Origin: Phormidesmidales cyanobacterium
GTDB lineage: Bacteria; Cyanobacteriota; Cyanobacteriia; Phormidesmidales; Phormidesmidaceae
Assembly (NCBI GenBank): GCA_038315915.1
Contig: JBBQAC010000001.1
Coordinates: 1 to 58,619, forward strand
Reading direction: 5' to 3'
DNA: 58,619 nt
Below the pieces are notes generated by a model. The model was not told the origin of the DNA. It ran no database searches and worked only from the letters and a program-made list of their open reading frames with translations. This document shows, one piece after another, positions 31,172 through 41,613 of the stretch (its first letter is position 1; each line of letters opens with the position of its first letter). Made by a program: the position numbers and the translations under genes.

Positions 31172-32209
31172 CTAGTTCAGGCTCACGCGCTTGGGATTGC
31201 CGCCCATGTGAACCGTATCGACAAAGCGAGCCGTCTTACTCTGGCTAGAGATAACCAGGCTCTGAGTGCGATAGCCCCCGTTGAAGAAGCGAACGCCGTT
31301 CATCAAAGTGCCGGGCGTAATACCACAGCCAGCGAACAGTACGTTTTTACCGTTGGCCAATTCTTCGGCTGTGTAGATCTTATCTGGATCGGTGATACCC
31401 ATTGAGGTTAGGCGATCCAGGTTGGCTTCCTTGCTCTCGCCGATCAAGCCGGTTTTAACAATGGCCGGGTCATAAATGAGCTGACCCTGGAAGTGACCGC
31501 CCAAGCAGCGCATTGCCGCCGCCGAAATCACACCCTCGGGAGCCGCCCCAATGCCCATCAGCGCATGGACGTTCGTGCCTTCAAAGCCGCAGGAAATCGC
31601 CGCAGAGACGTCGCCATCGCTGATCAGGCGCACGCGGGCACCCGCATCGCGAATTTCTTGAATTAGCTCGTTGTGCCGCTCGCGCTTCATCACAATGACG
31701 ACTAGCTCATCCACCCCGCGATCCAGGCATTCACCCAAAATCTTGAGGTTTTCAGCGGGGCTTTTGCTGATGTCGACTTTGCCTTTGGCAGCCGGGGGAG
31801 CCGCTAGCTTGCGCATGTAGAAGTCAGGCGCTGCGAACAAACCGCCTTTTTCAGAAATGGCCAGCACTGCCATCGAACCGGGCTGACCGTAGGCGCACAG
31901 GTTGGTGCCTTCGCAGGGGTCGACGGCAATGTCGATTTCGATCAGCTCGTCAGGGGTGCACACCTTGTCAGCATCAGGCTGCGTGCAGATCCCAACTTCC
32001 TCACCGATATAGAGCATGGGCGCGTCATCGCGCTCGCCTTCACCAATCACGATTCTGCCGCGCATGTGGATTTTGTTCATCCGCTCACGCATGGCTTCTA
32101 CCGCAACTTCGTCAGCGATGTCTTTTTCGCCTTTTCCCATCCAGCGAGCAGAGGCGATCGCTGCCTGCTCGACGACTTCAATAATCTCTAAACCGAGGGT
32201 GGTTTCCAC
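31172..32209 (-). CDS. glpX: Class II fructose-1,6-/sedoheptulose-1,7-bisphosphatase
   Basis: [35 protein letters not shown]. Confidence 0.96.
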   Translation of the reverse strand: METTLGLEIIEVVEQAAIASARWMGKGEKDIADEVAVEAMRERMNKIHMRGRIVIGEGERDDAPMLYIGEEVGICTQPDADKVCTPDELIEIDIAVDPCEGTNLCAYGQPGSMAVLAISEKGGLFAAPDFYMRKLAAPPAAKGKVDISKSPAENLKILGECLDRGVDELVVIVMKRERHNELIQEIRDAGARVRLISDGDVSAAISCGFEGTNVHALMGIGAAPEGVISAAAMRCLGGHFQGQLIYDPAIVKTGLIGESKEANLDRLTSMGITDPDKIYTAEELANGKNVLFAGCGITPGTLMNGVRFFNGGYRTQSLVISSQSKTARFVDTVHMGGNPKRVSLN

Positions 32210-32352
32210 GGGGTATTTATTCCTCCAAACTGCCGAATATAGCCGGTATTAAAAGAGTCTTTAAATTCTTTCCAGGGCCATCTTTGAGTTTATCAGAGAT
32301 TTCACCCAAGCCTCTTTTAAACCCAGCGGGAAACTCGCACAAGCAGTCAACG

Positions 32353-34110
32353 CTATAGCGGCTCAGGCTTACTCCCCTTGACCAGCTTGACATACAGGTC
32401 GTAATCCATGGTGCGATCGGCCACCGTGGAGGTGAGCCCAATCGCCTGAATCGCTGCTGTAGTCCCGACCGATGAAAGCTGGGATAGCGGAAACATATTG
32501 CTTTCTAAAGCATTAATCTGAGTTAAATCAATATAAAAGTGGCCGTTATTGGGCGTGGTCGCTGGGTCGTTCAGCGTTTGAAAAAGCGGCGCTTCGGCCA
32601 GAGAGCGGCTGGGTGAAGGGGAGATCGCCGCTGCGGCACCTTCTCCTACCGCAAAAAAGACCACATTGCCCGGTAGCCAGCCATGGCTGAACTTCACGCC
32701 TTGAAAGGGCGATATCCACTGAGTGACAGAGCCCCCGTCAAACTGACGGGTCTCGACCTGATAGCGATAGCGACTCGCCATCACATCGTCAAGTTGGGCC
32801 CATGCCGACTCTGCCAGCTTACGGTCGTTGGTTTGCACCATAAATAGGAGCGGCGCACTCTCTACCGCTGGAACCGCAGGTTGATCGGGAGTTTCACTGT
32901 CTTGAGCAGGCGGTGGCAGCAGCCCTATGGCGAATTCACCCGCCGCCCAGGGCATAACGTCCTCGTCCAAATCGAGGCCAGTCTGCGTGAGCAGGCCCGC
33001 TTTGAGCGTTTGCGGCGTGGGTAAGAAAGGGGGTGAACTGTTGCCCTCGCTGAAGCTTTGCCAGACTCGCTGAAGGTTGCTGCCGGACATCATCATCAAG
33101 GTGTCGCTGGGCAGACGACGAGGCATTGCCTCGGCTGAATTGCTCAGATCGCTATAGGCCAGGTCTTTCTTGGGAGAAAGCCAGCTCGTGCCCTGAAAGC
33201 GAATGCCCTCCGACTCAATTACGGCGTTGGCGACGATACCCTGCGAATCCTGCAAGGGCAGAATACTGCCGCGCTGAGGGACATCAGGAGCCGCCGCCGC
33301 GTCGGTAGGGGGAACGGCCAGGACTTGAGTTGCCGCTGGCAGGTTGAGATAGAGCTGGGCAAAGTTTTTCCCTGGCGGCTGCGGCGATTCGGCGCGGGTG
33401 GCGGCTTTCCGATAGCCTGCGATATCGAGTAAGGAACGGCCTCCTTTATAGGTGTCAATGGTCTGGTCGAGCGCGTCAGCAGTGGTAGCCAGCAGCAGCC
33501 AGTTTGTACCTAGTACGGCTGTTTCAAAGGTTTCGCCAGCTTGGGTTTGAACTGTTTGCGTATTGACACCGCGATAGGTGCGCTGCTGGTCGCTGCCCAA
33601 GTCTTCCTTGCCCTCAGCTAGCAGTGCTTTGGCCTTGAGCGCATCAGCGATAGGGACAATCAGCACCAGATTTTGCACGGCGGTGGCAACGCCTTGATTT
33701 TGCTCGCTGGGGCCAGCCGAATTGCCAGCCGAATTGGCAGACGGTTCGGGGCTGAGCACTGCCAGGGTAACGCGATCGCCGATCCAGGGCTTAATATCTC
33801 GCTTGAAGCTGTAGCCGGTGCCAGTAAGACGATCTTTCCAGGCGCTGAGGGCCGCGTCAAACTGCTGCTGCGTGTCAGGGGTGCCAAACTGCCTTAGCTT
33901 TGTCCAGGTCAACTCGTCGGTAGTGACGCTCATGGTTGCCAGCGCCGTTTGCGGCACGAGCTGGGTGCCTGCTGGCGAAAGGCTGCGGGGCGCGCGCTGG
34001 ACAAAGTTCAGGTAGGCGATCGCCCCACCGCTGATCAAAATAGCCGCCCCTAACAGCAGCAGCTTGGAAGGCTGTTTGATGGGCGATCGCAGCGCAAATT
34101 TTGAAGTCAT
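32353..34110 (-). CDS. DUF3352 domain protein
   Basis: N-terminal TM, DIKPWIGDRVTLA, DVMPWAAGEFAIG, NNGHFYID. Confidence 0.75.
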   Translation of the reverse strand: MTSKFALRSPIKQPSKLLLLGAAILISGGAIAYLNFVQRAPRSLSPAGTQLVPQTALATMSVTTDELTWTKLRQFGTPDTQQQFDAALSAWKDRLTGTGYSFKRDIKPWIGDRVTLAVLSPEPSANSAGNSAGPSEQNQGVATAVQNLVLIVPIADALKAKALLAEGKEDLGSDQQRTYRGVNTQTVQTQAGETFETAVLGTNWLLLATTADALDQTIDTYKGGRSLLDIAGYRKAATRAESPQPPGKNFAQLYLNLPAATQVLAVPPTDAAAAPDVPQRGSILPLQDSQGIVANAVIESEGIRFQGTSWLSPKKDLAYSDLSNSAEAMPRRLPSDTLMMMSGSNLQRVWQSFSEGNSSPPFLPTPQTLKAGLLTQTGLDLDEDVMPWAAGEFAIGLLPPPAQDSETPDQPAVPAVESAPLLFMVQTNDRKLAESAWAQLDDVMASRYRYQVETRQFDGGSVTQWISPFQGVKFSHGWLPGNVVFFAVGEGAAAAISPSPSRSLAEAPLFQTLNDPATTPNNGHFYIDLTQINALESNMFPLSQLSSVGTTAAIQAIGLTSTVADRTMDYDLYVKLVKGSKPEPL

Positions 34111-34398
34111 ATCGGCTTAAGGGTTGACGGGGTCAAGCGTCGCACTGAACTGTAGCAGACAACTTGACAAAAGTGACAGATAAAATGGTGGACTTAACAG
34201 ATTTCAGGGGCCGGGTTTTAGCGATCGCCGAGAATCGCACCGCAGCTCAAACTGCAACCTTGAGTTTTTTTACTGTCCGCCTAACGCCCCTGAGCAAAAA
34301 GCTATGCTAGCTCTTGTGCCGTTCTCCGCTGTGACAGTTGTTTTCGTGTTTCCCGCGATCCACAAACGCGCTCCCTAAGACTCATAGACACCTTTTTT

Positions 34399-35406
34399 AT
34401 GACCACCCAAACGGTTAAGCCTAATCATCAGTCCCCTGGTCAACCTGTCGATCAAGCCGGTCACAGGCAGAAGAGCCCGAGCCGTCAGCAGCTCTGGATG
34501 GCTGCGATTAAGCCGCCGATGTACTGCGTAGCGGTCATGCCTATTTGCATCGGCAGCGCAGTTGCCTACGCTCAAACGGGACGCTTCAAGGCCGGTGTAT
34601 TTATCGCCTTCAGCCTCTCAGCAGTGCTATTGCTAGTGTGGGAAAACCTGACCAATGACGTTTTTGATGCGGCCACCGGTATTGATGAAAATAAGCATCA
34701 CTCGCTGGTGAATCTCACCCAAAATCGCGGTTTGATTTTGGGCTTGGGAAATGCCTGCTTGCTGCTGGGAATAGCGGGAATTGTGGCGATCGCCTACCAT
34801 CAGCAAGACCCGACCGTACTCGGGATGGTGCTGGCCTGCTGCGCCCTGGGCTATCTCTACCAGGGGCCACCCTTCCGGCTGGGCTACCAGGGACTGGGCG
34901 AAATTCTCTGCTTTTTCAGCTTTGGGCCATTGGCCGTGGGCGCAGCTTACTACGCTCAGGTGCAGCGTCCCCTCTTCTGGAGCTGGCAGTCGCCGCTGTT
35001 ACCGGCGGCGATCATCGTCGGGATGGCCACTACCCTGGTGCTCTTTTGCTCGCACTTTCATCAAGTTGACGACGATCTCAAAGCGGGCAAAAAATCGCCG
35101 ATTGTTCGTCTTGGCACCCAGCGGGGGGCGCAGCTCCTACCCTGGGCCTGCGGCAGCATTTTTGCCGTTTTGCTGGCGGCTGTGGTAGCGGGCGGACTGC
35201 CCAAAAGCACCCTTTTATTAGGGGCGAGCCTGCCCGCAGCGGTGCAGCTATGCCGGCATGTGCTCAGGTTTCACGCTCAGCCTGAGCGGGTGAGCAACGC
35301 CAAGTTTTTGGCGATTCGTTTCCACGTTTGGAGTGGGCTGCTACTGTTGCTAGGGCTGCTGATTTCTCAGGTAGAGCTACCGGCTGCTTTCGCTATCGGC
35401 CTGTAA
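34399..35406 (+). CDS. menA: DHNA phytyltransferase (phylloquinone synthesis)
   Basis: AAIKPPMY, NLTNDVFD, YQGPPFRLGY, DDLKAGKKSPIVRLG. Confidence 0.93.
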   Translation: MTTQTVKPNHQSPGQPVDQAGHRQKSPSRQQLWMAAIKPPMYCVAVMPICIGSAVAYAQTGRFKAGVFIAFSLSAVLLLVWENLTNDVFDAATGIDENKHHSLVNLTQNRGLILGLGNACLLLGIAGIVAIAYHQQDPTVLGMVLACCALGYLYQGPPFRLGYQGLGEILCFFSFGPLAVGAAYYAQVQRPLFWSWQSPLLPAAIIVGMATTLVLFCSHFHQVDDDLKAGKKSPIVRLGTQRGAQLLPWACGSIFAVLLAAVVAGGLPKSTLLLGASLPAAVQLCRHVLRFHAQPERVSNAKFLAIRFHVWSGLLLLLGLLISQVELPAAFAIGL

Positions 35407-35447
35407 GGTCTCTCGCTTGCAAATTTTTTTAATTTTCGGGTGAGCGC

Positions 35448-36449
35448 ATGACCAACCCTCACGAGTTGCGATTTGAATTTCGCCCTTACCGGCGACCTTT
35501 CCGGCAGACCCTGCGAACCCGCCACGGCGCTTGGAAGCACCGGGAAGGGATCATTTTAAAATTTACTGATCGGCGGGGGCGGGCGGGCTTTGGTGAAGTG
35601 GCTCCGCTGCCCTGGTTTGGCACCGAAACTCAGGAACAGGCGCTGGCCTTTTGCACGCAGGTTCCCCGGCAAATTTCCCTGAGCTGTGGGTTTACGATTT
35701 TATCGACGCTACCCGCCTGCAAGTTTGGCTTTGAAGTAGCGCTAAATAATCTGGCCCGCGACATTCACTGCGCCGAACTTGAAAACGCGCAGTACAGCGC
35801 TTTGCTGCCTGCGGGTAAAGCGGCGCTGTCGGCCTGGACGGCGCTTTGGGCGCTGGGTCATCGCACGTTCAAGTGGAAAATTGGCATGGCTCCGGTCGCC
35901 GTCGAGCTGGCCTGGCTGTCGCTACTAATGGATCGGTTGCCGCTAGGGGCCAAGCTGCGGCTCGATGCCAATGGCGGACTCGATGAGCTGACAGCTCACC
36001 ACTGGATGGATCAGTGCGATCGCCTCGGTCACCGCATTGAGTTTATCGAGCAGCCCCTACCGCCCGACCGCTTTCCCGACCTGCTCAAGCTCGCCCAGCG
36101 CTACCAAACTCCCATCGCGCTGGATGAGTCGGTCACTACCTTAGACCAGCTCAAGACGCATTATTTTCGGGGATGGCGCGGCGTCTATATCGTCAAGGCG
36201 GCGATTATGGGATCTCCCAGCCAGCTCAAACAGTTTTGTCTGGACTATCCGATCGATATTGTCATTTCTTCGGTGTTTGAAACCGATATTGGCCGTCAGG
36301 CGCTGATTGATCTGACCGTAGAGCTAGCCGCCTTGCTGCCTCATGCGCCTCACCGGGTAATGGGTCTGGGCACTCAGCGGTGGTTGCCGAATGACGGGCT
36401 GGACGATCCCGATTGGGAGGCGCTGTGGCAGCGGCTGACTCCGGCGTGA
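35448..36449 (+). CDS. menC: o-succinylbenzoate synthase
   Basis: TFKWKIG, LRLDANGG, IEQPL, IALDES enolase-superfamily motifs. Confidence 0.92.
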   Translation: MTNPHELRFEFRPYRRPFRQTLRTRHGAWKHREGIILKFTDRRGRAGFGEVAPLPWFGTETQEQALAFCTQVPRQISLSCGFTILSTLPACKFGFEVALNNLARDIHCAELENAQYSALLPAGKAALSAWTALWALGHRTFKWKIGMAPVAVELAWLSLLMDRLPLGAKLRLDANGGLDELTAHHWMDQCDRLGHRIEFIEQPLPPDRFPDLLKLAQRYQTPIALDESVTTLDQLKTHYFRGWRGVYIVKAAIMGSPSQLKQFCLDYPIDIVISSVFETDIGRQALIDLTVELAALLPHAPHRVMGLGTQRWLPNDGLDDPDWEALWQRLTPA

Positions 36450-37873
36450 TGGGGGCATCTTCTGTGCAAGCGGTCTGGCAGGGGCTGAATCCGGCCTGGT
36501 TGGGCAGCGATCGCTCCCGCACAGCAGCCTGGAAAGGGCAGGTGGGCGATCGCCGCCGTCAGCTCGAAAACTATTCGCCTGATCCTTCGTCTCGGCCGCT
36601 GGTACTCATAGCAGAAGCCGACCCGGTTGATTTTTTGGCTGGTTTTTGGGCAGCGCTGCTGGCCGGGTGGGATGTAGCGATCGCCAATCCGCAGTGGGGC
36701 CAGCAGGAATGGCAATCGGTCAGCCAACTTATCTGCCCAACCGTTATTTGGGGCGACAGCATTCAGTGGCCTCAACTACCAGTCTCCCGACCGCAGACAA
36801 ACTACCAAGCTGGTTCAGACACCGAGCCCGCTATTCTTGTTCCGACTGGCGGCAGCAGCGGCCAGGTAAAGTTTGTCGCTCACCGCTGGCGGAGTCTAAT
36901 CGCTGCGGCAGATGGATTTTGTCAGTTTTTTCAGCCAGCCGGTGAGCCGGTGAACGTTTACTGTGTTCTACCGGTCTATCACGTCAGCGGGCTGATGCAG
37001 GTGCTGCGGGCCTGGGCCAGTGGCGGCGAGGCGGTGATTGCGCCTTTTAAGCCGCTGTTGCGATCGCAAATTGACGATGGCAGCGGGTTTATCTCTCTGG
37101 TACCCACCCAGCTAGAGCGGCTGATACAGGCGGGCAAAGGCACCTGGCTCCAATCTTTTCAGGCGGTGCTACTCGGCGGCGCACCTCCCTGGCCGACTTT
37201 GCTCGACCGCGCGGCTGATCTGCGCATTCCGCTCTGCCTGTCTTACGGCATGACCGAAACGGCGGCGATGGTAAGCGCCCTGAGCCCTCAGGATTTTTTG
37301 CGAGGCGATCGCAGCAGTGGCCGCGCCCTACCCCACGCCACCATTCAAATTATCCGCAACGCTCAGCCTCTCCCGCCAAGAGAACTGGGCCAAATTGTGG
37401 TGCACATAGCAACCCTGACCGCCCCTGTGTACACCGATGATCTGGGCTATCTGAGCGATGACGGATATTTGCATATTACCGGTAGGGCTAGCCACAAAAT
37501 TATCAGCGGCGGTGAAAACATTTTCCCGGCTGAAGTTGAAGCCGCGCTGCGCAGTACCGGGCAGGTGAAGGATGTCTGCGTGATGGGTTTGCCGCATTCT
37601 GAATGGGGTGAAGCCGTAACCGCTATCTACGTTCCGGCCAGTGCAGCCGTCTGCGCTGAAAGCCTGCGGCAGGGATTGCTCAAGCCTGATTCAGCGGGCA
37701 TCGTCCCTGCACTCAGCCGCTACAAGCTGCCCAAGCACTGGGTACAGTTGCCTGCACTGCCCCGAAATGCGCAGGGAAAGCTCAATCGTCTGGATCTGCT
37801 GACGCGTTTACAGCGTCTATCCAGTCAACCAGCGCAGGCGTCAGAGCATGACGACGACGGCTGTGAACATTGA
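36449..37873 (+). CDS. menE: o-succinylbenzoate-CoA ligase
   Basis: PTGGSSG, SYGMTET, IISGGENIFPAEVE, LPRNAQGK; start coupled to menC stop. Confidence 0.9.
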   Translation: MGASSVQAVWQGLNPAWLGSDRSRTAAWKGQVGDRRRQLENYSPDPSSRPLVLIAEADPVDFLAGFWAALLAGWDVAIANPQWGQQEWQSVSQLICPTVIWGDSIQWPQLPVSRPQTNYQAGSDTEPAILVPTGGSSGQVKFVAHRWRSLIAAADGFCQFFQPAGEPVNVYCVLPVYHVSGLMQVLRAWASGGEAVIAPFKPLLRSQIDDGSGFISLVPTQLERLIQAGKGTWLQSFQAVLLGGAPPWPTLLDRAADLRIPLCLSYGMTETAAMVSALSPQDFLRGDRSSGRALPHATIQIIRNAQPLPPRELGQIVVHIATLTAPVYTDDLGYLSDDGYLHITGRASHKIISGGENIFPAEVEAALRSTGQVKDVCVMGLPHSEWGEAVTAIYVPASAAVCAESLRQGLLKPDSAGIVPALSRYKLPKHWVQLPALPRNAQGKLNRLDLLTRLQRLSSQPAQASEHDDDGCEH

Positions 37874-38228
37874 TGCAAACATGGCGAGTCAGCGCCGAAA
37901 CCAGCGGCTTTTCGGCAGATTCAGCCACCGCGCTTTGGCCCCAAATCGCATAGGCAACTTCAAAACTGTGAGGGCTGAGCTGCTTGGGTTTGACGACGAC
38001 GGAAATGGCATCTCCACACCGCAAAGCCTGATAGAAATCGGCCTCGGTATGGATAATCGGCACAGCGGTTTCATCTGCATCCGAAAAAAATACCTGCAGA
38101 TCGATATCCGCTGCCGCCAGCGCCGCCTCATAGGCTTCATGGCATAGCGTTAGCAGGTTCGCAAAGTAAACCACCCCGGCTGCATCGGTCTCATGAAAAC
38201 GGATTACCCGGCTATAGACAAAAGGCAT
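37782..38228 (-). CDS. DHNA-CoA thioesterase (hotdog fold)
   Basis: RFHETDAAGVVYFAN...CHEAYE; adjacent to men genes. Confidence 0.85.
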   Translation of the reverse strand: MPFVYSRVIRFHETDAAGVVYFANLLTLCHEAYEAALAAADIDLQVFFSDADETAVPIIHTEADFYQALRCGDAISVVVKPKQLSPHSFEVAYAIWGQSAVAESAEKPLVSALTRHVCINVHSRRRHALTPALVDWIDAVNASADPDD

Positions 38229-38248
38229 CAGACAAAAGGCAGCGATCG

Positions 38249-39970
38249 CTAGCTGGCATTCGGTTGGGCAGGGCGGAAGGGAATCCCGTTCTGTCCTGGT
38301 AGAATCGGCAGTTCGACGGCAGCGTTAGCGCCTGCCGCGTTGGCAACACCGCTTCTGTTCAGATTCAGATCAGACAGGTCAAAGCTCATCGCCTGCATTG
38401 GATTGTTAAGCGCCTTCACCAGGTTGGCCAGAGACACCTGAATCAAGCCATCAGGATTTATCAGCACCCACTCACCAGCGGTGTATTGCAACATCTCAAA
38501 GTGCAAGTGGGGGCCAGTGGAATTACCTGTACTGCCCACTAAGCCAATCACATCGCCTTTTTTCACCCGCTTACCGGGCTCTACCAGAATCTCTGAGAGA
38601 TGGGCATATCGGCTTTGCAAGGGTGTCTCTTCAGCTGGATGGGTGAGCACGACCATCAGTCCATAGCCGCCTGCATAGTCGGCGCTTTCTACGACACCAT
38701 CTTGAGCAGCCAAAACCGGCGTGCCCTGAGCCGCCCCAATGTCAGTACCGGCGTGAAAACGGCGATCGCCCGTAATGGGGTGAATGCGAAAGCCAAACAG
38801 CGAGGTAATAGGGGAGGGAATCGCCAGCGGAAAAATAAACCGCTGAGCCATTTGAAGATTGACCAGTGGCCGAACTGAGCGATTGAGATAATCGCGGCCT
38901 GCCGCTGTGGTCGCACCCGAAAATCGAATGCCTGAGGTGCTGAAGCTGACCGGCCCGACATTGACTGCCGGTGCACTCGCCACCGGACGGACGTTGGGCC
39001 GAGTAGACCCGCCTGCTGCTGCGCTCTGCGTACCGGCCTGCCCGCCTGAGGCAGTGCCCGTCGCACAGGCCCCACTGGGGACAGACTGATTGGCCCCAAC
39101 CGTGAACTGGCAACCGGTAGACTGCTCAGAAATAACCACATCGGGCGCTTGGGTAGCCCCTACGCTGTAGTCCGTTGGGTCGACGAAAACACTGTCGTCG
39201 GGCAAACGAGTGCCTTCTGGGAGGGCGATGGGAACGGCTTCAGCGGGGCGTACCGGTGCGGGCGCGGCGGCTGGGGGGGCAATATCGACCACTGGCGGCG
39301 CGGCCTGAGGGGCTGGCAAAATATCTGGAACGGCCTCTGGTTCAGGAGACTGGGCGATGCTTGCGGCTGTGTTTCTCAGTGGTGCGGCAGTAGAGGCTGC
39401 GCCCTCGACCGATGCACTGGGCGCTTGGGCACCGGTCACCATGGCAATGGGGCTACCGACATAGTCAGAAAGGGGTGCGGCGATCGCCCCTGCTTGCATC
39501 AATCCTGCGAGCGGGCTATGGCGCTGAGCGGTCTTTGTCGCCGTCGGTTTTGTCACCGCTGAGAACGTGGGTGGCGCAGGTGGGGTGACCGTCGGCGTTG
39601 TCGGCGGCGTTGTTATAGAGACGGGCGCGGCGATCGGGGCGATCGCGACTGGCTCAGTCTGGGCGAGCGCGGTGGGCTCCACTGGGCTGGCGGACATCAC
39701 CTCAAAGGACGCTGCCATCGCCGCTTCAGCACCGGCAACGGTGTAGTTCACCGGCATTGCCGCCCCAGAATCGGCATGATCGCCAATGGCTAAGCTGCTT
39801 TCAGCCTGGGCAAAATTCATCTGACTGGCAACAAAGCCAATGCTGCCCAACCAGCCTAAGCTGACAAACCAGCATCGTTGCAAGCTATAACCCTTAGCCT
39901 TGTGGCTCTGAGCGGCTGCGCTATTTTTTTGATTTGCTGTGGACTTGGCAGGATGCTGGGGCGCAGTCAT
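38249..39970 (-). CDS. M23 family metallopeptidase with Pro/Ala-rich N-terminus
   Basis: HAGTD, YAHL, STGPHLHFE. Confidence 0.9.
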   Translation of the reverse strand: MTAPQHPAKSTANQKNSAAAQSHKAKGYSLQRCWFVSLGWLGSIGFVASQMNFAQAESSLAIGDHADSGAAMPVNYTVAGAEAAMAASFEVMSASPVEPTALAQTEPVAIAPIAAPVSITTPPTTPTVTPPAPPTFSAVTKPTATKTAQRHSPLAGLMQAGAIAAPLSDYVGSPIAMVTGAQAPSASVEGAASTAAPLRNTAASIAQSPEPEAVPDILPAPQAAPPVVDIAPPAAAPAPVRPAEAVPIALPEGTRLPDDSVFVDPTDYSVGATQAPDVVISEQSTGCQFTVGANQSVPSGACATGTASGGQAGTQSAAAGGSTRPNVRPVASAPAVNVGPVSFSTSGIRFSGATTAAGRDYLNRSVRPLVNLQMAQRFIFPLAIPSPITSLFGFRIHPITGDRRFHAGTDIGAAQGTPVLAAQDGVVESADYAGGYGLMVVLTHPAEETPLQSRYAHLSEILVEPGKRVKKGDVIGLVGSTGNSTGPHLHFEMLQYTAGEWVLINPDGLIQVSLANLVKALNNPMQAMSFDLSDLNLNRSGVANAAGANAAVELPILPGQNGIPFRPAQPNAS

Positions 39971-40121
39971 AAGTCATCAACTCTAAAAAATAATCCCAAT
40001 CGATCTTAATCTACGTGAATCTCGTTCGGTTTGAGCAGCAAGATATGACTTCTCGGCTGCGCTTCAGGGTCTATTGTTTCGCAAATGTTTCGCAAACGAC
40101 ATCCTGGCCTGGAGAACCCTG

Positions 40122-40991
40122 TCAGTAACCCTCTTCTGAGATCCCAATCACCTTTCCGGAACGGTTGGCGGCTAGTCCTTCTCCCGAATTAGCCAAAGAA
40201 TGCTGCATGAGAAAGCTTTCAGTCAAATCAGCAGAAAGTGAGCTTTGATCCATTGAAACCGTTTTGCCGACCTGGGTCAGTAATTTTGAGTAGGTCTTTA
40301 TGAAAACTTGACTGCTCGCTCGCTGTTGAAAATAAAGTCCCTGTAAAATTCCCTTGAGCACCAGGGCCGCGAGCACCTCTAAGCAATTTATTTTGCTTTG
40401 AGCGGCACTGTCCGGCATTAGCCTCTGTATTTTCGCTAAGGTGATCCCAGTTTCAGGCACCAAATTGTGCCAATTAATTCCGACGCCGATCACAGCCTGT
40501 TTTATACAGGGCAGGGGTTTATCGGGTAAATTTGCGGACGAAAAAATAGCCGTTGGCTGTGCCAGTTTGGTCTCTGTTAAGATTCCGCCTAGCTTTTTGC
40601 CTGCAAAAAATAAGTCGTTGGGCCACTTAATCTGTACCGGTAGCCCCAAATTGTTCAGAGCAGTAGCAATACCCCAGGCGCTACAGCAAGTGAGCAGAGC
40701 GCTATGGGCAATCGGCCAGTCTGGCTCAAGGGCCAGAGACAGATAGAGCCCGCCGGGTGCCGACTGCCAGATGCGCCCCCGCTGGCCCCGCCCGCTGGTT
40801 TGATGGTGGGCGATCGCTACCGTCCCCGACCCGGCCCCTTGCGCCAGCATTTTCCATAGCTGCGTGCTGGTCGAAGGCAGGCTCTCGAACACATGCACAT
40901 CGAACTGTGGCTGAATCGGCCTGAATTCTGGGCAGATGCCGAGGTCAGCGCCGTCTGCCCTGAGTGCGGCGCGGATTTTTTGCACGTCCAT
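40122..40991 (-). CDS. birA: Biotin-[acetyl-CoA carboxylase] ligase, C-terminus apparently truncated
   Basis: QTSGRGQRGRIW, IKWPND, KKLGGILTE, IGVGIN; ends at GISEEGY*. Confidence 0.88.
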   Translation of the reverse strand: MDVQKIRAALRADGADLGICPEFRPIQPQFDVHVFESLPSTSTQLWKMLAQGAGSGTVAIAHHQTSGRGQRGRIWQSAPGGLYLSLALEPDWPIAHSALLTCCSAWGIATALNNLGLPVQIKWPNDLFFAGKKLGGILTETKLAQPTAIFSSANLPDKPLPCIKQAVIGVGINWHNLVPETGITLAKIQRLMPDSAAQSKINCLEVLAALVLKGILQGLYFQQRASSQVFIKTYSKLLTQVGKTVSMDQSSLSADLTESFLMQHSLANSGEGLAANRSGKVIGISEEGY

Positions 40992-41077
40992 AGGGGCGCT
41001 TGACCTACGATAGGGAGGGTGACGACCCGCTTCACACAGGTCTTTGTTTGCCGAAGCTGGTTGGTATTATCGGTTGT

Positions 41078-41452
41078 ATGATGACGAACCTCCCTCTGCT
41101 TTCGACTGAAACGCTGTGGGCCATTCTCCACAACGAGCTGCCTGATGACGCGGTCAACCAGTTGGTGTGGCACCATTTAGGCTACCGCTATGACGATCAA
41201 GACCAGGGCTGGCGGGTCGATCAGGTTGCACCAGTCTGGGCTGAAAAGTACCCGGAACCACCCAACTTTATTGAGAGTCGGCCAGCGACTGTACAGCTTA
41301 CTCGCTCTATTCCCAAAGAAAATAAGCAGCTACTCAAAACCGTCTTAGGATTTAAAGGCTACAGCGTCGATCAGCTCGTGCCCCGACTGACCCGGCGAGC
41401 CACTATGGCCAACTGGCTGCTGAGCGAGATGCGCGTTCAAGCACTGATTTAA
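41078..41452 (+). CDS. DUF1823 family protein
   Basis: VNQLVWHHLGYRY...SRPATVQLTRSIPKENKQLLK..LGFKGY...RRATMANWLL. Confidence 0.8.
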   Translation: MMTNLPLLSTETLWAILHNELPDDAVNQLVWHHLGYRYDDQDQGWRVDQVAPVWAEKYPEPPNFIESRPATVQLTRSIPKENKQLLKTVLGFKGYSVDQLVPRLTRRATMANWLLSEMRVQALI

Positions 41453-41613
41453 AGGCTTGATTTTGGCTCGGCTTTAATCTTTTGTTTACCCGAGCAAAGA
41501 GTGATACCGCTATAGTCCTCTAAACCTCAAAATCAGGTTCGAAGTCGGGCCAGCGGCGAAATTAAGCGATCGCCTCACAGTGTTCAAGGTTCAAGCAAGT
41601 ACTTTTTAAGCAT

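Noticed and set aside
37782-37873. 92-nt convergent overlap of menE and the thioesterase
   Set aside because: Both proteins appear complete; the overlap involves only non-conserved tails.
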